52,555 nucleotides of DNA from Myxococcota bacterium (GTDB lineage: Bacteria > Myxococcota_A > UBA9160 > SMWR01), in contig JAZFWH010000181.1 in the NCBI GenBank assembly GCA_036482635.1, positions 1-52,555 of the forward strand, in the 5' to 3' direction. The notes under the pieces are model-generated. The model was not told the DNA's origin. It saw only the letters and a list, made by a program, of their open reading frames with translations, and did not search any database. Below, one piece after another: positions 1 through 13,167 of this stretch (positions are counted from its first letter, which is position 1; each line of letters begins with the position of its first letter). The position numbers and the translations under genes were made by a program.

Positions 1-279
<279 letters not shown>

Positions 280-443
280 ACCGTGCCCAGATGCCACACA
301 CTTACGTATGTGACACCCAGTTGTTCGGAAAAGCGATGTCCACCGCACCCGATGGTGAGGTCGACACCGCCTGATGGGAAATACTGTCCCTTGGCCGTCT
401 GTTCGGGCGTTTCCCCCGCCCGAAAAGACCGCGCGCTATTCAG

Positions 444-455
444 TTTTCAAAGATC
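444..455 (-). promoter_or_regulatory. boxA-like antitermination element in the rRNA leader
   Basis: The minus strand reads GATCTTTGAAAA(CTG), matching the rrn boxA consensus GCTCTTTAACAA at 9 of 12 positions. It lies between the predicted promoter and the mature 16S 5' end. Confidence 0.45.
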
Positions 456-553
456 GGACGGATGTCCCGCAGGGCTTGTCGCGAGCCCCTGAGACACAAA
501 CGGCATCCGGCCTGCACAACCGACCGAGATGCCTCGGATTTCTCGGGCACAAC

Positions 554-582
554 AATCTACGGCCGCGGCATCGACGGGTCAA
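554..582 (-). promoter_or_regulatory. sigma-70-type promoter for the rRNA operon
   Basis: On the minus strand, TTGACC (582..577) is followed by a 17-nt spacer and TAGATT (559..554). The site is ~270 nt upstream of the 16S 5' end and just downstream of the tyrS stop. Confidence 0.55.
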
Positions 583-644
583 GGGGGGATCGGAGATTCG
601 GGCCGCCCCGCGGGGCTCTGCTCCTCGTCGGGCGCAGGGCCTGC

Positions 645-1877
645 TCAGGCCAGGCGCACCCGCGCGAAACGCCGCTTTCCCACCTTTATGAGGTAGGGAC
701 CGCCCCGGCCCAGGCGCAGGGCCGGTTCGCGCACCACTTCCGCGTCGATCTGGACGGCCCCCTGGGAGACCAGCCGCCGTCCCTCGCTGTTCGAGGCCGC
801 CAGCCGTGCCGCGACCAGGAGCTCGAGCAGGCCCATGCCGTCGGCGCCGGCCACAACCTCCACCTCCGGCACCTCCTCGGGCACCTGCTTGCGCTGCACG
901 ACCTGGCGGAAGTGCTCGGCCGCCCGCTCGGCCTGCGCGCGGCCCCGAAAGCGCTCGACGATGCGAAAGGCCAGGGCCTGCTTGAACGCCAGCGGATCGC
1001 CCTCACCCCGACCCAGACCCGCGCGCGCGTCGCGCAGGTCCTCCCACTCGCCGGCCTCGAGCCGGTCGAAGTACTCGAGCATCAGCTCGTCGGAGATGCT
1101 CATCGTCTTGCCGTAGATCTGCTCGGGCGGCTCGCTGACCCCGATCGTGTTGCCGAGACTCTTGGACATCTTCTCGCGGCCCTCTGTGCCCACCAGCAGC
1201 GGATGGGTGAGCACCGCCTGTGGCGGCTGGCCGTAGTCGCGCTGGATCTCCCGAGCCATCAGCAGATTGAAGGTCTGGTCGGTTCCACCGATCTCGACGT
1301 CGGCCCGCAGCGCGACAGAGTCGTAGGCCTGCACGAAGGGGTAGAGGAACTCGTGCACGGAGATCGACTCGCCCGCTGCGTAGCGCGTGGCGAAGTCGTC
1401 GCGTTCGAGCAGACGGGCGACGGTGTAGCGAGAGCACAACCGCACGAAGTCGGCGGGGGCCATGCGGTCCATCCACTCGCTGTTGAAGCGCACCTCGGCG
1501 CGCTGCACGTCGAGCACGGCCGCAACCTGCTCCACGTAGGTCGCGGCGTTGCGCGCCACGTCTTCCGGCTCGAGGGCCGGGCGCGTCTTGTTCCTGCCCG
1601 ACGGATCTCCGATCCGGGCCGTGAAGTCACCCACCAGGAAGATCGGAGTGTGTCCGAGCTCCTGCACCCTCTTCAGCTTCTGAAGGACGATCGTGTGACC
1701 CAGGTGCAGGTCAGGCGCCGACGGGTCCATGCCCAGCTTGAAGCGCAGCGGGCGCTTCTCGGTGAGGGCCTCGGCGAGCCGGCTTCGCAGCTCCTCCTCT
1801 CCGTAGAAAGCGACCGTTCCGTCGCGCACGACTTCGAGCTGGCGCTCGACCTCGCGATCGATCGCCTTGGAGGTCAC
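645..1877 (-). CDS. tyrS: tyrosine--tRNA ligase
   Basis: Class I motifs HLGH (PDLHLGHTI) and KMSKS (EKMSKSLGN) are present, with an S4-like C-terminus. ORF 645..1943 is trimmed to the GTG at 1877, which overlaps the upstream stop (GTGA). Confidence 0.93.
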   Translation of the reverse strand: MTSKAIDREVERQLEVVRDGTVAFYGEEELRSRLAEALTEKRPLRFKLGMDPSAPDLHLGHTIVLQKLKRVQELGHTPIFLVGDFTARIGDPSGRNKTRPALEPEDVARNAATYVEQVAAVLDVQRAEVRFNSEWMDRMAPADFVRLCSRYTVARLLERDDFATRYAAGESISVHEFLYPFVQAYDSVALRADVEIGGTDQTFNLLMAREIQRDYGQPPQAVLTHPLLVGTEGREKMSKSLGNTIGVSEPPEQIYGKTMSISDELMLEYFDRLEAGEWEDLRDARAGLGRGEGDPLAFKQALAFRIVERFRGRAQAERAAEHFRQVVQRKQVPEEVPEVEVVAGADGMGLLELLVAARLAASNSEGRRLVSQGAVQIDAEVVREPALRLGRGGPYLIKVGKRRFARVRLA

Positions 1878-2482
1878 GAGACCACCCACTGAAGAGCATC
1901 TTCCGTCACGATTGCATCCACGCGGCGGTCGTGGTCGCCGCACGGCACGGAACCGACCAGCTGGAAGGCATAGGCGAATCCGAACAACAAGGGCGTGCGT
2001 TCGCCTCCAGGCGGAAAGGTCCGATCGTAGTACCCCTTGCCGCGACCGAGGCGGTGCCCGGCCGGGTCGAACGCCACCCCGGGAACGACCACCGCATCGT
2101 CCTGCTCGAGCTCCACCAACGGTGCGCCCTCCGGCGGCTCGAGCACACCGTAGCGCCCGGGTCGGAGGTCTTCCCAGCGCTCGACCCGGGCGAACTCGAG
2201 GCGCTGCCCCGACGCCGTCCGAGGCAGCAGTCGCACGGCGCCCGAAGCCGAAAGCGCTTCGAAGAGCGGACCCACGGGAAGCTCGTCGGGCAGCGCTGCG
2301 TAGAGACCGACGCGTCGCGCACGTCGGAACCGAGCATCGGCCAGCAGCCGCTGGCTGGCGGCCCGAGCCGCCTCGGCGGCAGCCGACGCGGAGACTCCCC
2401 GGCGTCGCGCGGACAGCTCGTGGCGCAGCCGGCTCTTCTCCAGATCGATGCGCGTTCGGGTCTCAGGATCTGCGGGCGTCAC
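1874..2482 (-). CDS. 5-formyltetrahydrofolate cyclo-ligase (MTHFS/YgfA family)
   Basis: The 202-aa product carries the family signature GVAFDPAGHRLGRGKGYYDR. The gene follows zapA, as ygfA does in E. coli. Confidence 0.88.
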   Translation of the reverse strand: MTPADPETRTRIDLEKSRLRHELSARRRGVSASAAAEAARAASQRLLADARFRRARRVGLYAALPDELPVGPLFEALSASGAVRLLPRTASGQRLEFARVERWEDLRPGRYGVLEPPEGAPLVELEQDDAVVVPGVAFDPAGHRLGRGKGYYDRTFPPGGERTPLLFGFAYAFQLVGSVPCGDHDRRVDAIVTEDALQWVVS

Positions 2483-2553
2483 GGATTCGCACGCGGCGGC
2501 GAATCGATCGGGCGGACGGGGTTCACCCCGCGTCTCCGCTGGCGGAAATGCGC

Positions 2554-2856
2554 TCAGCTCGCCCGCGAGCGGACGGTCGACTCCGCCAGCTCGATCAGCG
2601 AACGCATCCGGCGCGGGTCCCCGACAGCCCCGGTCTCCGTCCGGCCGCCGCGGATCTCCAGCAGTTCGCGCGCGAGGTTGAGCGCCGTGAGCAGCGCCAC
2701 CTCGAGCGAGTCGACCGTGCCCGTCCGCTTCTCCACCTTCGCCATCGTCTTGTCGAGATAGCCCGCCACCTCGCGCAGCGATTGCTCGTCGTCGCCGCTG
2801 AGGACCCGGAACTCCTTGCCGCGGATCCGCACGGGCACCGAGCGTTTCGACGCCAT
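2554..2856 (-). CDS. zapA: cell division protein ZapA
   Basis: The 100-aa product begins VPVRIRGKEFRVLSGDDEQSLREVAGYLDKTM and contains ALLTALNLARELLE, a typical ZapA pattern. Its ATG abuts the upstream TAG, with GGAGGAG just before it. Confidence 0.85.
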   Translation of the reverse strand: MASKRSVPVRIRGKEFRVLSGDDEQSLREVAGYLDKTMAKVEKRTGTVDSLEVALLTALNLARELLEIRGGRTETGAVGDPRRMRSLIELAESTVRSRAS

Positions 2857-3132
2857 CTACTCCTCCAGGGCGCCGAGCTGCGCGTCGATCTGGTCGATCT
2901 GTGCGATCAGCTCGTCGATCCGCTTGCCTGCATCCTGGCGGCGCTGATTCGCCTCGAGCAGCTTCATGTCCTGAGCGCGCAGGCGGCGGTTCTTCTCGTC
3001 GAGCTCGCGGCGGAGCGCAGCGCGCTCCAGCTCCAGGCGGCCATGGGACTTCGCGAGCGACGCGACGGCACGCTCCAGCCGCGCAAAGTCGTACTTGGTA
3101 TTCGAACTCTGCGAAATGACCGGGACCCCCAA
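2857..3132 (-). CDS. ZapB-like coiled-coil protein (start uncertain)
   Basis: The sequence is heptad-rich: LELERAALRRELDEKNRRLRAQDMKLLEANQRRQDAGKRIDELIAQIDQIDAQLGALEE. It sits directly upstream of zapA. The longest ORF would start at the TTG that is itself the predicted -35 hexamer (3171), so the TTG at 3132 is preferred. Confidence 0.5.
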   Translation of the reverse strand: MGVPVISQSSNTKYDFARLERAVASLAKSHGRLELERAALRRELDEKNRRLRAQDMKLLEANQRRQDAGKRIDELIAQIDQIDAQLGALEE

Positions 3133-3141
3133 CCGGAAGGG

Positions 3142-3171
3142 ATCGTACCGATTAATCGGGAAACACGTCAA
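3142..3171 (-). promoter_or_regulatory. sigma-70-type promoter with a 12-bp perfect palindrome in the spacer
   Basis: On the minus strand, TTGACG (3171..3166) is followed by an 18-nt spacer and TACGAT (3147..3142). The spacer contains CCGATTAATCGG (3148..3159), a perfect palindrome and a local AT island. Confidence 0.45.
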
Positions 3172-3198
3172 GCCAGGAGCGCGGGAGCCGGCGGGGTT

Positions 3199-4651
3199 TC
3201 AGACGTAGGCCTCCCGCGACTGGAGCCAGGATGCGCCCGCCAGGTAGCCATCGACGGCCCTCGCCGCCTCGCGCCCCTCCCAGAGGGCCCACACCACCAG
3301 GGACTGACCGCGGCGGCAGTCGCCCGCCGCGAAGATTCCGGGCTCGCTGGTGGCGAAGCCCCGGGTGTCGGCGGCGACGCTGCCGCGTTCGTCGAAGCGC
3401 ACGCCGAGGTCGTTCAAGAGCCCCTCTTGAACGGGGTGTACGAAACCCATCGCGAGCAGCACGAGGTCGGCCGGCAGTTCGAAGTCGGAGCCCGGGATCT
3501 CCTCCATCCGCGGGCGCCCGCTGGCGTCCCGCTCGCCAAAACGGACTCTCACGGCGTGCAACCTCTCGATGCGCCCACCGGATCCGGAAAACCGTTTGGT
3601 CAGCACGGCGAAGTCCCGGCGCCCGCCTTCCGCGTGGGAGCTGGAGGTGCGGAACACCAGCGGCCAGAGTGGCCATGGCGTGGAGGGATCCGGCTCCTGG
3701 GGCGGCCGCTCGAGCAGCTCGATGGACGTGACGGAGCGCGCGCCGTGTCGGTGTGAGGTCCCCACGCAGTCGGAGCCGGTGTCGCCTCCCCCGAGCACGA
3801 GCACGTGCCGGTCTCTGGCACTGATTCCCCCCTCCGGGTCGAGCGCGTCACCCGCGACCCGCCGGTTCTGCTGGATGAGAAACTCCATGGCGAAGTGAAC
3901 GCCCGCCAGCTCCCGGCCCTCGATGGGCAGGTCCCGGGGCTTTTCCGCTCCGCAGCAGAGCACCACCGCATCGAAGCCGCGTCGCAGCTCCGCGGCCGCC
4001 AGGTCCCGACCCACATGAACGCCCGCCTGGAAAGCAACCCCCTCCTGGCGCATCTGCTCCACGCGGCGCCCGACGATCCACTTCTCGAGCTTGAAGTCGG
4101 GGATCCCGTAGGTGAGCAGCCCTCCGATCCGGTCGCTCTTCTCGAAGACCGTGACCGTATGCCCGGCGCGGTTGAGCTGTTGTGCGGCCGCAAGGCCGGC
4201 GGGCCCCGACCCGATCACGGCAACCGAGCGGCCGCTGCGGCGCCGGGGTCGCACCGGGGCGATCCAGCCCTCCTCCCAGCCGCGCCGGCTGATCTCCCAC
4301 TCGATCTGCTTGATCGCAACCGGATCGTCGTTGATTCCCAGCACACACGCAGCCTCACAGGGCGCGGGGCAGACCAGCCCCGTGAACTCGGGAAAGTTGT
4401 TGGTCGAGTGGAGGCGCGAGAGCGCCTCTTCCCACTTGTCCCGGTAGACCAGGTCGTTCCAGTCCGGGATCACGTTTCCCAGGGGGCAACCCTGGTTGCA
4501 GAACGGAATGCCGCAATCCATGCAGCGGGCACCCTGGGTGCGCATCGGCTCGGCGTCGAGGTTTCCCTGCACCTCGCCCCAGTCCTTGACCCGCTCGTCG
4601 ACGGGCCGATACGGGGTGTCCTGGCGGGGATACTCGAGGAAGCCGGTGACC

Positions 4652-4659
<8 letters not shown>
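3199..4659 (-). CDS. gltD: glutamate synthase (NADPH) small subunit
   Basis: The 486-aa product has an N-terminal Cys cluster ([26 protein letters not shown]). Two dinucleotide folds are present ([26 protein letters not shown]). The ATG overlaps the gltB 3' end by 8 nt. Confidence 0.93.
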
Positions 4660-9153
<4,494 letters not shown>

Positions 9154-9157
<4 letters not shown>

Positions 9158-9711
9158 GAGCTTTGCTCCGGTTCCGCCCGACCGCCGCGTCGCGCGCGCC
9201 CGCGCTGGCGCCGGGCGGCGCGCCCGCCGTTCTGCCCGCTCTCGAGCGCGATCCTCGAGCGCTCGGCGGCGGTCGAGAGCACCACCATCGTCTCCGTGCG
9301 CGTCACCCCGCCCAGCGAGCGGATGCGCTCGATCAGATCCTCCAGGGCCTCGGTGTTGCGGGCCTTCGCCTTGACCAACAACGTGTGGATGCCCGTGACG
9401 TGGTGGCACTCGAGGACGTCGTCGATCGCGGCGACCTCGCGTTCGAGCGTGTCGATGGTGCGCGGGTGGTCGGTCGAGACACCGATGAAGGCGGCCACAT
9501 CCTTGCCCGCGCGCCTGGCGTCCAGCACGGCCACGTAGGCCGTGATCACCCCGGCCTCTTCGAGCTTGTGGATGCGCTCGAGCACGGCCGGGGCGGACAG
9601 GCCGACCTTGCCCCCGATCGCCGCCAGGGGCTGCTTGCAGTTCTCCTGCAGCAGCTCGAGGATGGCGCAGTCGGTCGCATCGAACTCGGGAGCAGCTCGG
9701 CCGAATTTCAT
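9154..9711 (-). CDS. Lrp/AsnC family transcriptional regulator
   Basis: An N-terminal wHTH ([43 protein letters not shown]) is followed by a RAM/AsnC_trans_reg domain. There is also an unusual ~35-aa Arg-rich C-terminal tail. Confidence 0.88.
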
Positions 9712-9737
9712 TAGGCTATCTCCGGGATCGTCCTTAA

Positions 9738-9767
9738 CTGATAGGGTATCGCAGGCGAGAATGTCAA
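9738..9767 (-). promoter_or_regulatory. sigma-70-type promoter for the lrp-gltB-gltD unit
   Basis: On the minus strand, a perfect TTGACA (9767..9762) is followed by an 18-nt spacer and TATCAG (9743..9738). GGAGA precedes the lrp ATG. The site lies in an AT-rich intergenic island. Confidence 0.5.
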
Positions 9768-9782
9768 GAAGATAGTGCCAGA

Positions 9783-9797
9783 AGGGGTGTAACCCCT
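9783..9797 (-). terminator. short stem-loop after glpQ (candidate intrinsic terminator)
   Basis: The minus strand reads AGGGGT-TAC-ACCCCT, a 6-bp stem with a 3-nt loop. It lies 9 nt after the glpQ stop and is followed by TCTGGCACTATCTTCTT. Confidence 0.4.
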
Positions 9798-9805
9798 CAC
9801 TGGAT

Positions 9806-10549
9806 TCAGCGGGACTTCAGCTCCACTCCCCACGGGGAGTCCAGCAGGCCTCGCAGCCGGTCGGGGTAGTTGGTGAACAGGCCGTCGACCCCGATCTCGA
9901 ACAGCCGGCGCATCTCCTCCTCCGCATCGACGGTGAACACGTAGACCGCCAGGCCCTCGGCGTGAGCGGCGGCGACCAGCTCCGGCTGCGCCAGTCCGAT
10001 CCACGGGTGGATCGCCTCCGCGCCCACCGCCCGCGCGCGCTCCAGGGGCCGTGACGCAGCTCTGGGTGAGAGCAGGAAGCCGATGCGGGCGCGCGCGGAG
10101 TGGGCCCGCAGCGCGGCGAGGATCGGGTCCGAGAACGACGAGAAGAGCGTCCTCGGCAACAAGCCGCGGCGCTCCACGGCCTCCAGCACCGCCGCCTCCA
10201 TGCCGCGATAGGCGCCGCGGCGACCCCACTTGAACTCGAGATTGAAGGCGATCTGCGCGCCGAAGCGGTCCAGCACCTCGTCCAGGGTGGGGATGCGCTC
10301 CCCTTCCCCCGCGTCCAGGGCGCGCAGCTCCGCCAGTGTCGCGTCGGCGATGTCGCCGGTTCCGCCCAGACTGGCGAGCTCCTCGTCGTGGCGGATCACG
10401 GTCACGCCGTCGCGGGTGCGGTGCAGATCGATCTCGATCATGTCGGCGCGCTGCCGCGCGGCGAGATCGAAGGCCGGCAGCGTGTTCTCGGGGCGATACC
10501 CCGAGGCGCCGCGGTGGGCGATCACGAGTGGAGCCGCGGGGCGGCTCAA
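9806..10549 (-). CDS. glycerophosphodiester phosphodiesterase
   Basis: A GDPD-family N-terminus is present: [45 protein letters not shown] 9806..12076 is trimmed to the TTG at 10549, which overlaps the glpK stop (TTGA) and follows GGAGGTG. Confidence 0.85.
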   Translation of the reverse strand: MSRPAAPLVIAHRGASGYRPENTLPAFDLAARQRADMIEIDLHRTRDGVTVIRHDEELASLGGTGDIADATLAELRALDAGEGERIPTLDEVLDRFGAQIAFNLEFKWGRRGAYRGMEAAVLEAVERRGLLPRTLFSSFSDPILAALRAHSARARIGFLLSPRAASRPLERARAVGAEAIHPWIGLAQPELVAAAHAEGLAVYVFTVDAEEEMRRLFEIGVDGLFTNYPDRLRGLLDSPWGVELKSR

Positions 10550-12051
10550 GCAGCACCTCCGTCGACGGCCCAGTCCCGCGAGCGCTCCACGGCGCGCTTC
10601 CAGCCCGCGTACAGGGCCTCGCGGCGATCCGCGTCGAGCGCCGGCTCGAACACGGTCACTGCCGCGCCGCACTCCTCGATCTCGGCGCGATCGCTCCAGA
10701 AGCCGACACCGAGCCCGGCCAGCGCCGCCGCACCCAGCGCGGTCGCCTCGAGCACGGCGGGGCGCTGGACCGGCGCGCCGAGGATGTCGGCCTGGAACTG
10801 CATGAGGAAGTCGTTGGCGGCCGCGCCGCCGTCGGCGCGCAATGTCTCCAACGCCAGCCCCGAGTCGCTGCGTACGCACTCCACCACGTCCCGGGTCTGG
10901 TAGGCGATCGATTCGAGCGTGGCGCGCACCAGGTGCTCGCGCGTCGTCCCCCGCGTGATCCCGACCACGGTCCCGCGCGCGTGGGGGTCCCAGTAGGGTG
11001 CGCCGAGGCCGACGAACGCCGGCACCATGTAGACGCCGCCGGTGTCGTCGACCGCGCGGGCCAGCCCTTCGGACTCGGCGGCGTCGGCGAGCAGGCCGAG
11101 GCCGTCGCGCAGCCACTGCACGGCGGCGCCGGTGACGAAGATGCTGCCCTCCAGCGCGTACTGCACCCTGCCGCCGATCGACCAGCCGATGGTCGTGACC
11201 AGGCCCGTCTGCGAGCGGGGCGCCTCCGCGCCGGTGTTCATCAACAGAAACGAGCCCGTACCGTAGGTGTTCTTGGCCTGGCCCGGGACGGTGCAACCCT
11301 GACCGAACAGCGCCGCCTGCTGGTCGCCCGCCACGCCGGCGATGGGAATCTCCGCGCCCAGCCACTCGCCGTCGGTCGTGCCGAAGACGCCACTCGTTTC
11401 GCACACCTCGGGCAGCAGCTCCCGGGGAATGCGCAGCTCGCGCAGCAGCAGGTCGTCCCACTCTCGGGTGTGGATGTTGAACAACAGCGTGCGCGACGCG
11501 TTCGAAGGCTCGGTGGAGTGCACGCGGCCCCCGGTCAGCTTGTGGATCAGCCAGCTGTCCACCGTGCCGAAGGCCAGCTCTCCGCGCTCGGCGCGCCGCT
11601 GCGCCCCCTCCACCGCGTCCAGGATGAAGCGGACCTTGGTGCCCGAGAAGTAGGCGTCGATCAGCAAGCCGGTGCGAGCGCGAACCTCCTCTTCGAGCCC
11701 CCGGGCGCGGAGCTCTTCGCACAGGGGAACCGTCTGGCGCGACTGCCAGACGATGGCGGGGTGGATCGGCTCGCCGCTCTGGCGGTCCCAGACGAGCGCG
11801 GTCTCCCGCTGGTTGGCGATGCCGATCGCCGCCACGTCGCTGCCGCGGGCGTCCGCCTTCGCCAGGGCACCGCGCGCCGCGCGCAGCTGGCTGTCCCAGA
11901 TCTCCTCCGGGTCGTGGTGCACCCAGCCCGGCTTCGGGAAATGCTGGGGAAACTCGTACTGGTCGGCGGCCACCACGGCGCCCGTCCGATCGAACAGGAC
12001 CGCGCGCGACGAGGTCGTTCCCTGGTCCAGAGCCATGACGTAGCGGCTCAC
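10546..12051 (-). CDS. glpK: glycerol kinase
   Basis: The N-terminus [21 protein letters not shown] and FGGY-kinase motifs run throughout. The GTG at 12051 overlaps the ftsY stop (GTGA). The product is 501 aa. Confidence 0.95.
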   Translation of the reverse strand: MSRYVMALDQGTTSSRAVLFDRTGAVVAADQYEFPQHFPKPGWVHHDPEEIWDSQLRAARGALAKADARGSDVAAIGIANQRETALVWDRQSGEPIHPAIVWQSRQTVPLCEELRARGLEEEVRARTGLLIDAYFSGTKVRFILDAVEGAQRRAERGELAFGTVDSWLIHKLTGGRVHSTEPSNASRTLLFNIHTREWDDLLLRELRIPRELLPEVCETSGVFGTTDGEWLGAEIPIAGVAGDQQAALFGQGCTVPGQAKNTYGTGSFLLMNTGAEAPRSQTGLVTTIGWSIGGRVQYALEGSIFVTGAAVQWLRDGLGLLADAAESEGLARAVDDTGGVYMVPAFVGLGAPYWDPHARGTVVGITRGTTREHLVRATLESIAYQTRDVVECVRSDSGLALETLRADGGAAANDFLMQFQADILGAPVQRPAVLEATALGAAALAGLGVGFWSDRAEIEECGAAVTVFEPALDADRREALYAGWKRAVERSRDWAVDGGAA

Positions 12052-13142
12052 GGCGCCTCCCTCGCTTCTTCGGCACCCGCGACGCCGTCGTCGAACAGGG
12101 CGTCCACGAACTCGTCGGCCGAGAAGTCCCTCAGGTCGGCCACGGCCTCCCCGATGCCGACGTAGCGCACGGGGATGCCGAACTCGTCGGCCAGGCCCAC
12201 CAGCACGCCGCCCCGGGCCGTGCCGTCCAGCTTGGTGACGACCAGCCCGGTCACGCCCGCCACCTCGGTGAAGAGCCGCGCCTGGGAGATCGCGTTCTGG
12301 CCGGTGTTCGCGTCCAGCACCAGCAGCACCTCGTGCGGCGCGCCCTCGACCTCGCGCCCCAGCACGCGCACCAGCTTGCCGAGCTCTTCCATGAGCGGCC
12401 GCTTCGTCTGGAGGCGACCCGCCGTGTCGACGATGCACACGTCGGCGTTCCGCGCGATGGCGGCCTTGACCGCGTCGAAGGCCACGGCGGTGGGATCGCC
12501 GCCCGGCTGGCTCGCGATCACTTCGCAGCCGGTGCGCTCCCCCCAGGCCTGCAGCTGTTCGATGGCGGCCGCGCGGAAGGTGTCGGCGGCGCCCAGGATC
12601 ACCCGGCGCCCGTCCGCGGTGTAGCGCGCGGCGAGCTTCCCGATGGTGGTCGTCTTCCCCGAGCCGTTCACGCCCAGCACGACGATCACGTGGGGCCGAC
12701 CGGCCAGCGCCGGCGCCGGCCTTGGCTCCACGCGGCGCAGCTTCTCGAGGATCGCCTCGCGCAGCGCGCGCTGCACCGCGGCGCCATCGGCGCCGGCGCG
12801 CACCCGCGCCAGCAGGTCTTCGGCCGTCTTCACGCCGAGGTCCGCGCCGAACAGCAGCACCTCGAGCTCGTCGAGCAGCGCGGCGTCCACCGCGCGCCCG
12901 CCCAGCAGCTGGCCCAGGCGACCGGTCAGGGTCTCCCGCGTGAGCCGCAGGCGCTCCGCCAGGCGGGCCGGGCGCTCGGCCTCCGCCGGCCTCTCCGGCG
13001 CCGTGCGCGCACGCGCGGCGCGCCGGATCGCGATCCCGCTGACGAGCAGGATCAGGACGATGCAGGCGGCGATCGGCAGCGCGTTGGCCAACGGCTGCTG
13101 TCGGATCCAGGCGCCGACGCTCTCGAACCACGCGAGGTCCAT
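12048..13142 (-). CDS. ftsY: signal recognition particle receptor FtsY
   Basis: An SRP-GTPase NG domain is present ([27 protein letters not shown]). The N-terminus carries a hydrophobic helix instead of an acidic A domain. Confidence 0.93.
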   Translation of the reverse strand: MDLAWFESVGAWIRQQPLANALPIAACIVLILLVSGIAIRRAARARTAPERPAEAERPARLAERLRLTRETLTGRLGQLLGGRAVDAALLDELEVLLFGADLGVKTAEDLLARVRAGADGAAVQRALREAILEKLRRVEPRPAPALAGRPHVIVVLGVNGSGKTTTIGKLAARYTADGRRVILGAADTFRAAAIEQLQAWGERTGCEVIASQPGGDPTAVAFDAVKAAIARNADVCIVDTAGRLQTKRPLMEELGKLVRVLGREVEGAPHEVLLVLDANTGQNAISQARLFTEVAGVTGLVVTKLDGTARGGVLVGLADEFGIPVRYVGIGEAVADLRDFSADEFVDALFDDGVAGAEEAREAP

Positions 13143-13167
13143 GGGGCGCCGAGGATACCAGAGCGGC

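Noticed and set aside
2483-2553. Possible 6S RNA (ssrS), which in E. coli lies between zapA and the 5-formyl-THF cyclo-ligase gene.
   Set aside because: The zapA-MTHFS spacer is only 71 nt, far too short for a ~180-nt 6S RNA. It contains only a small CGGGG-UGAA-CCCCG hairpin. The synteny is conserved, but there is no evidence for the RNA here.
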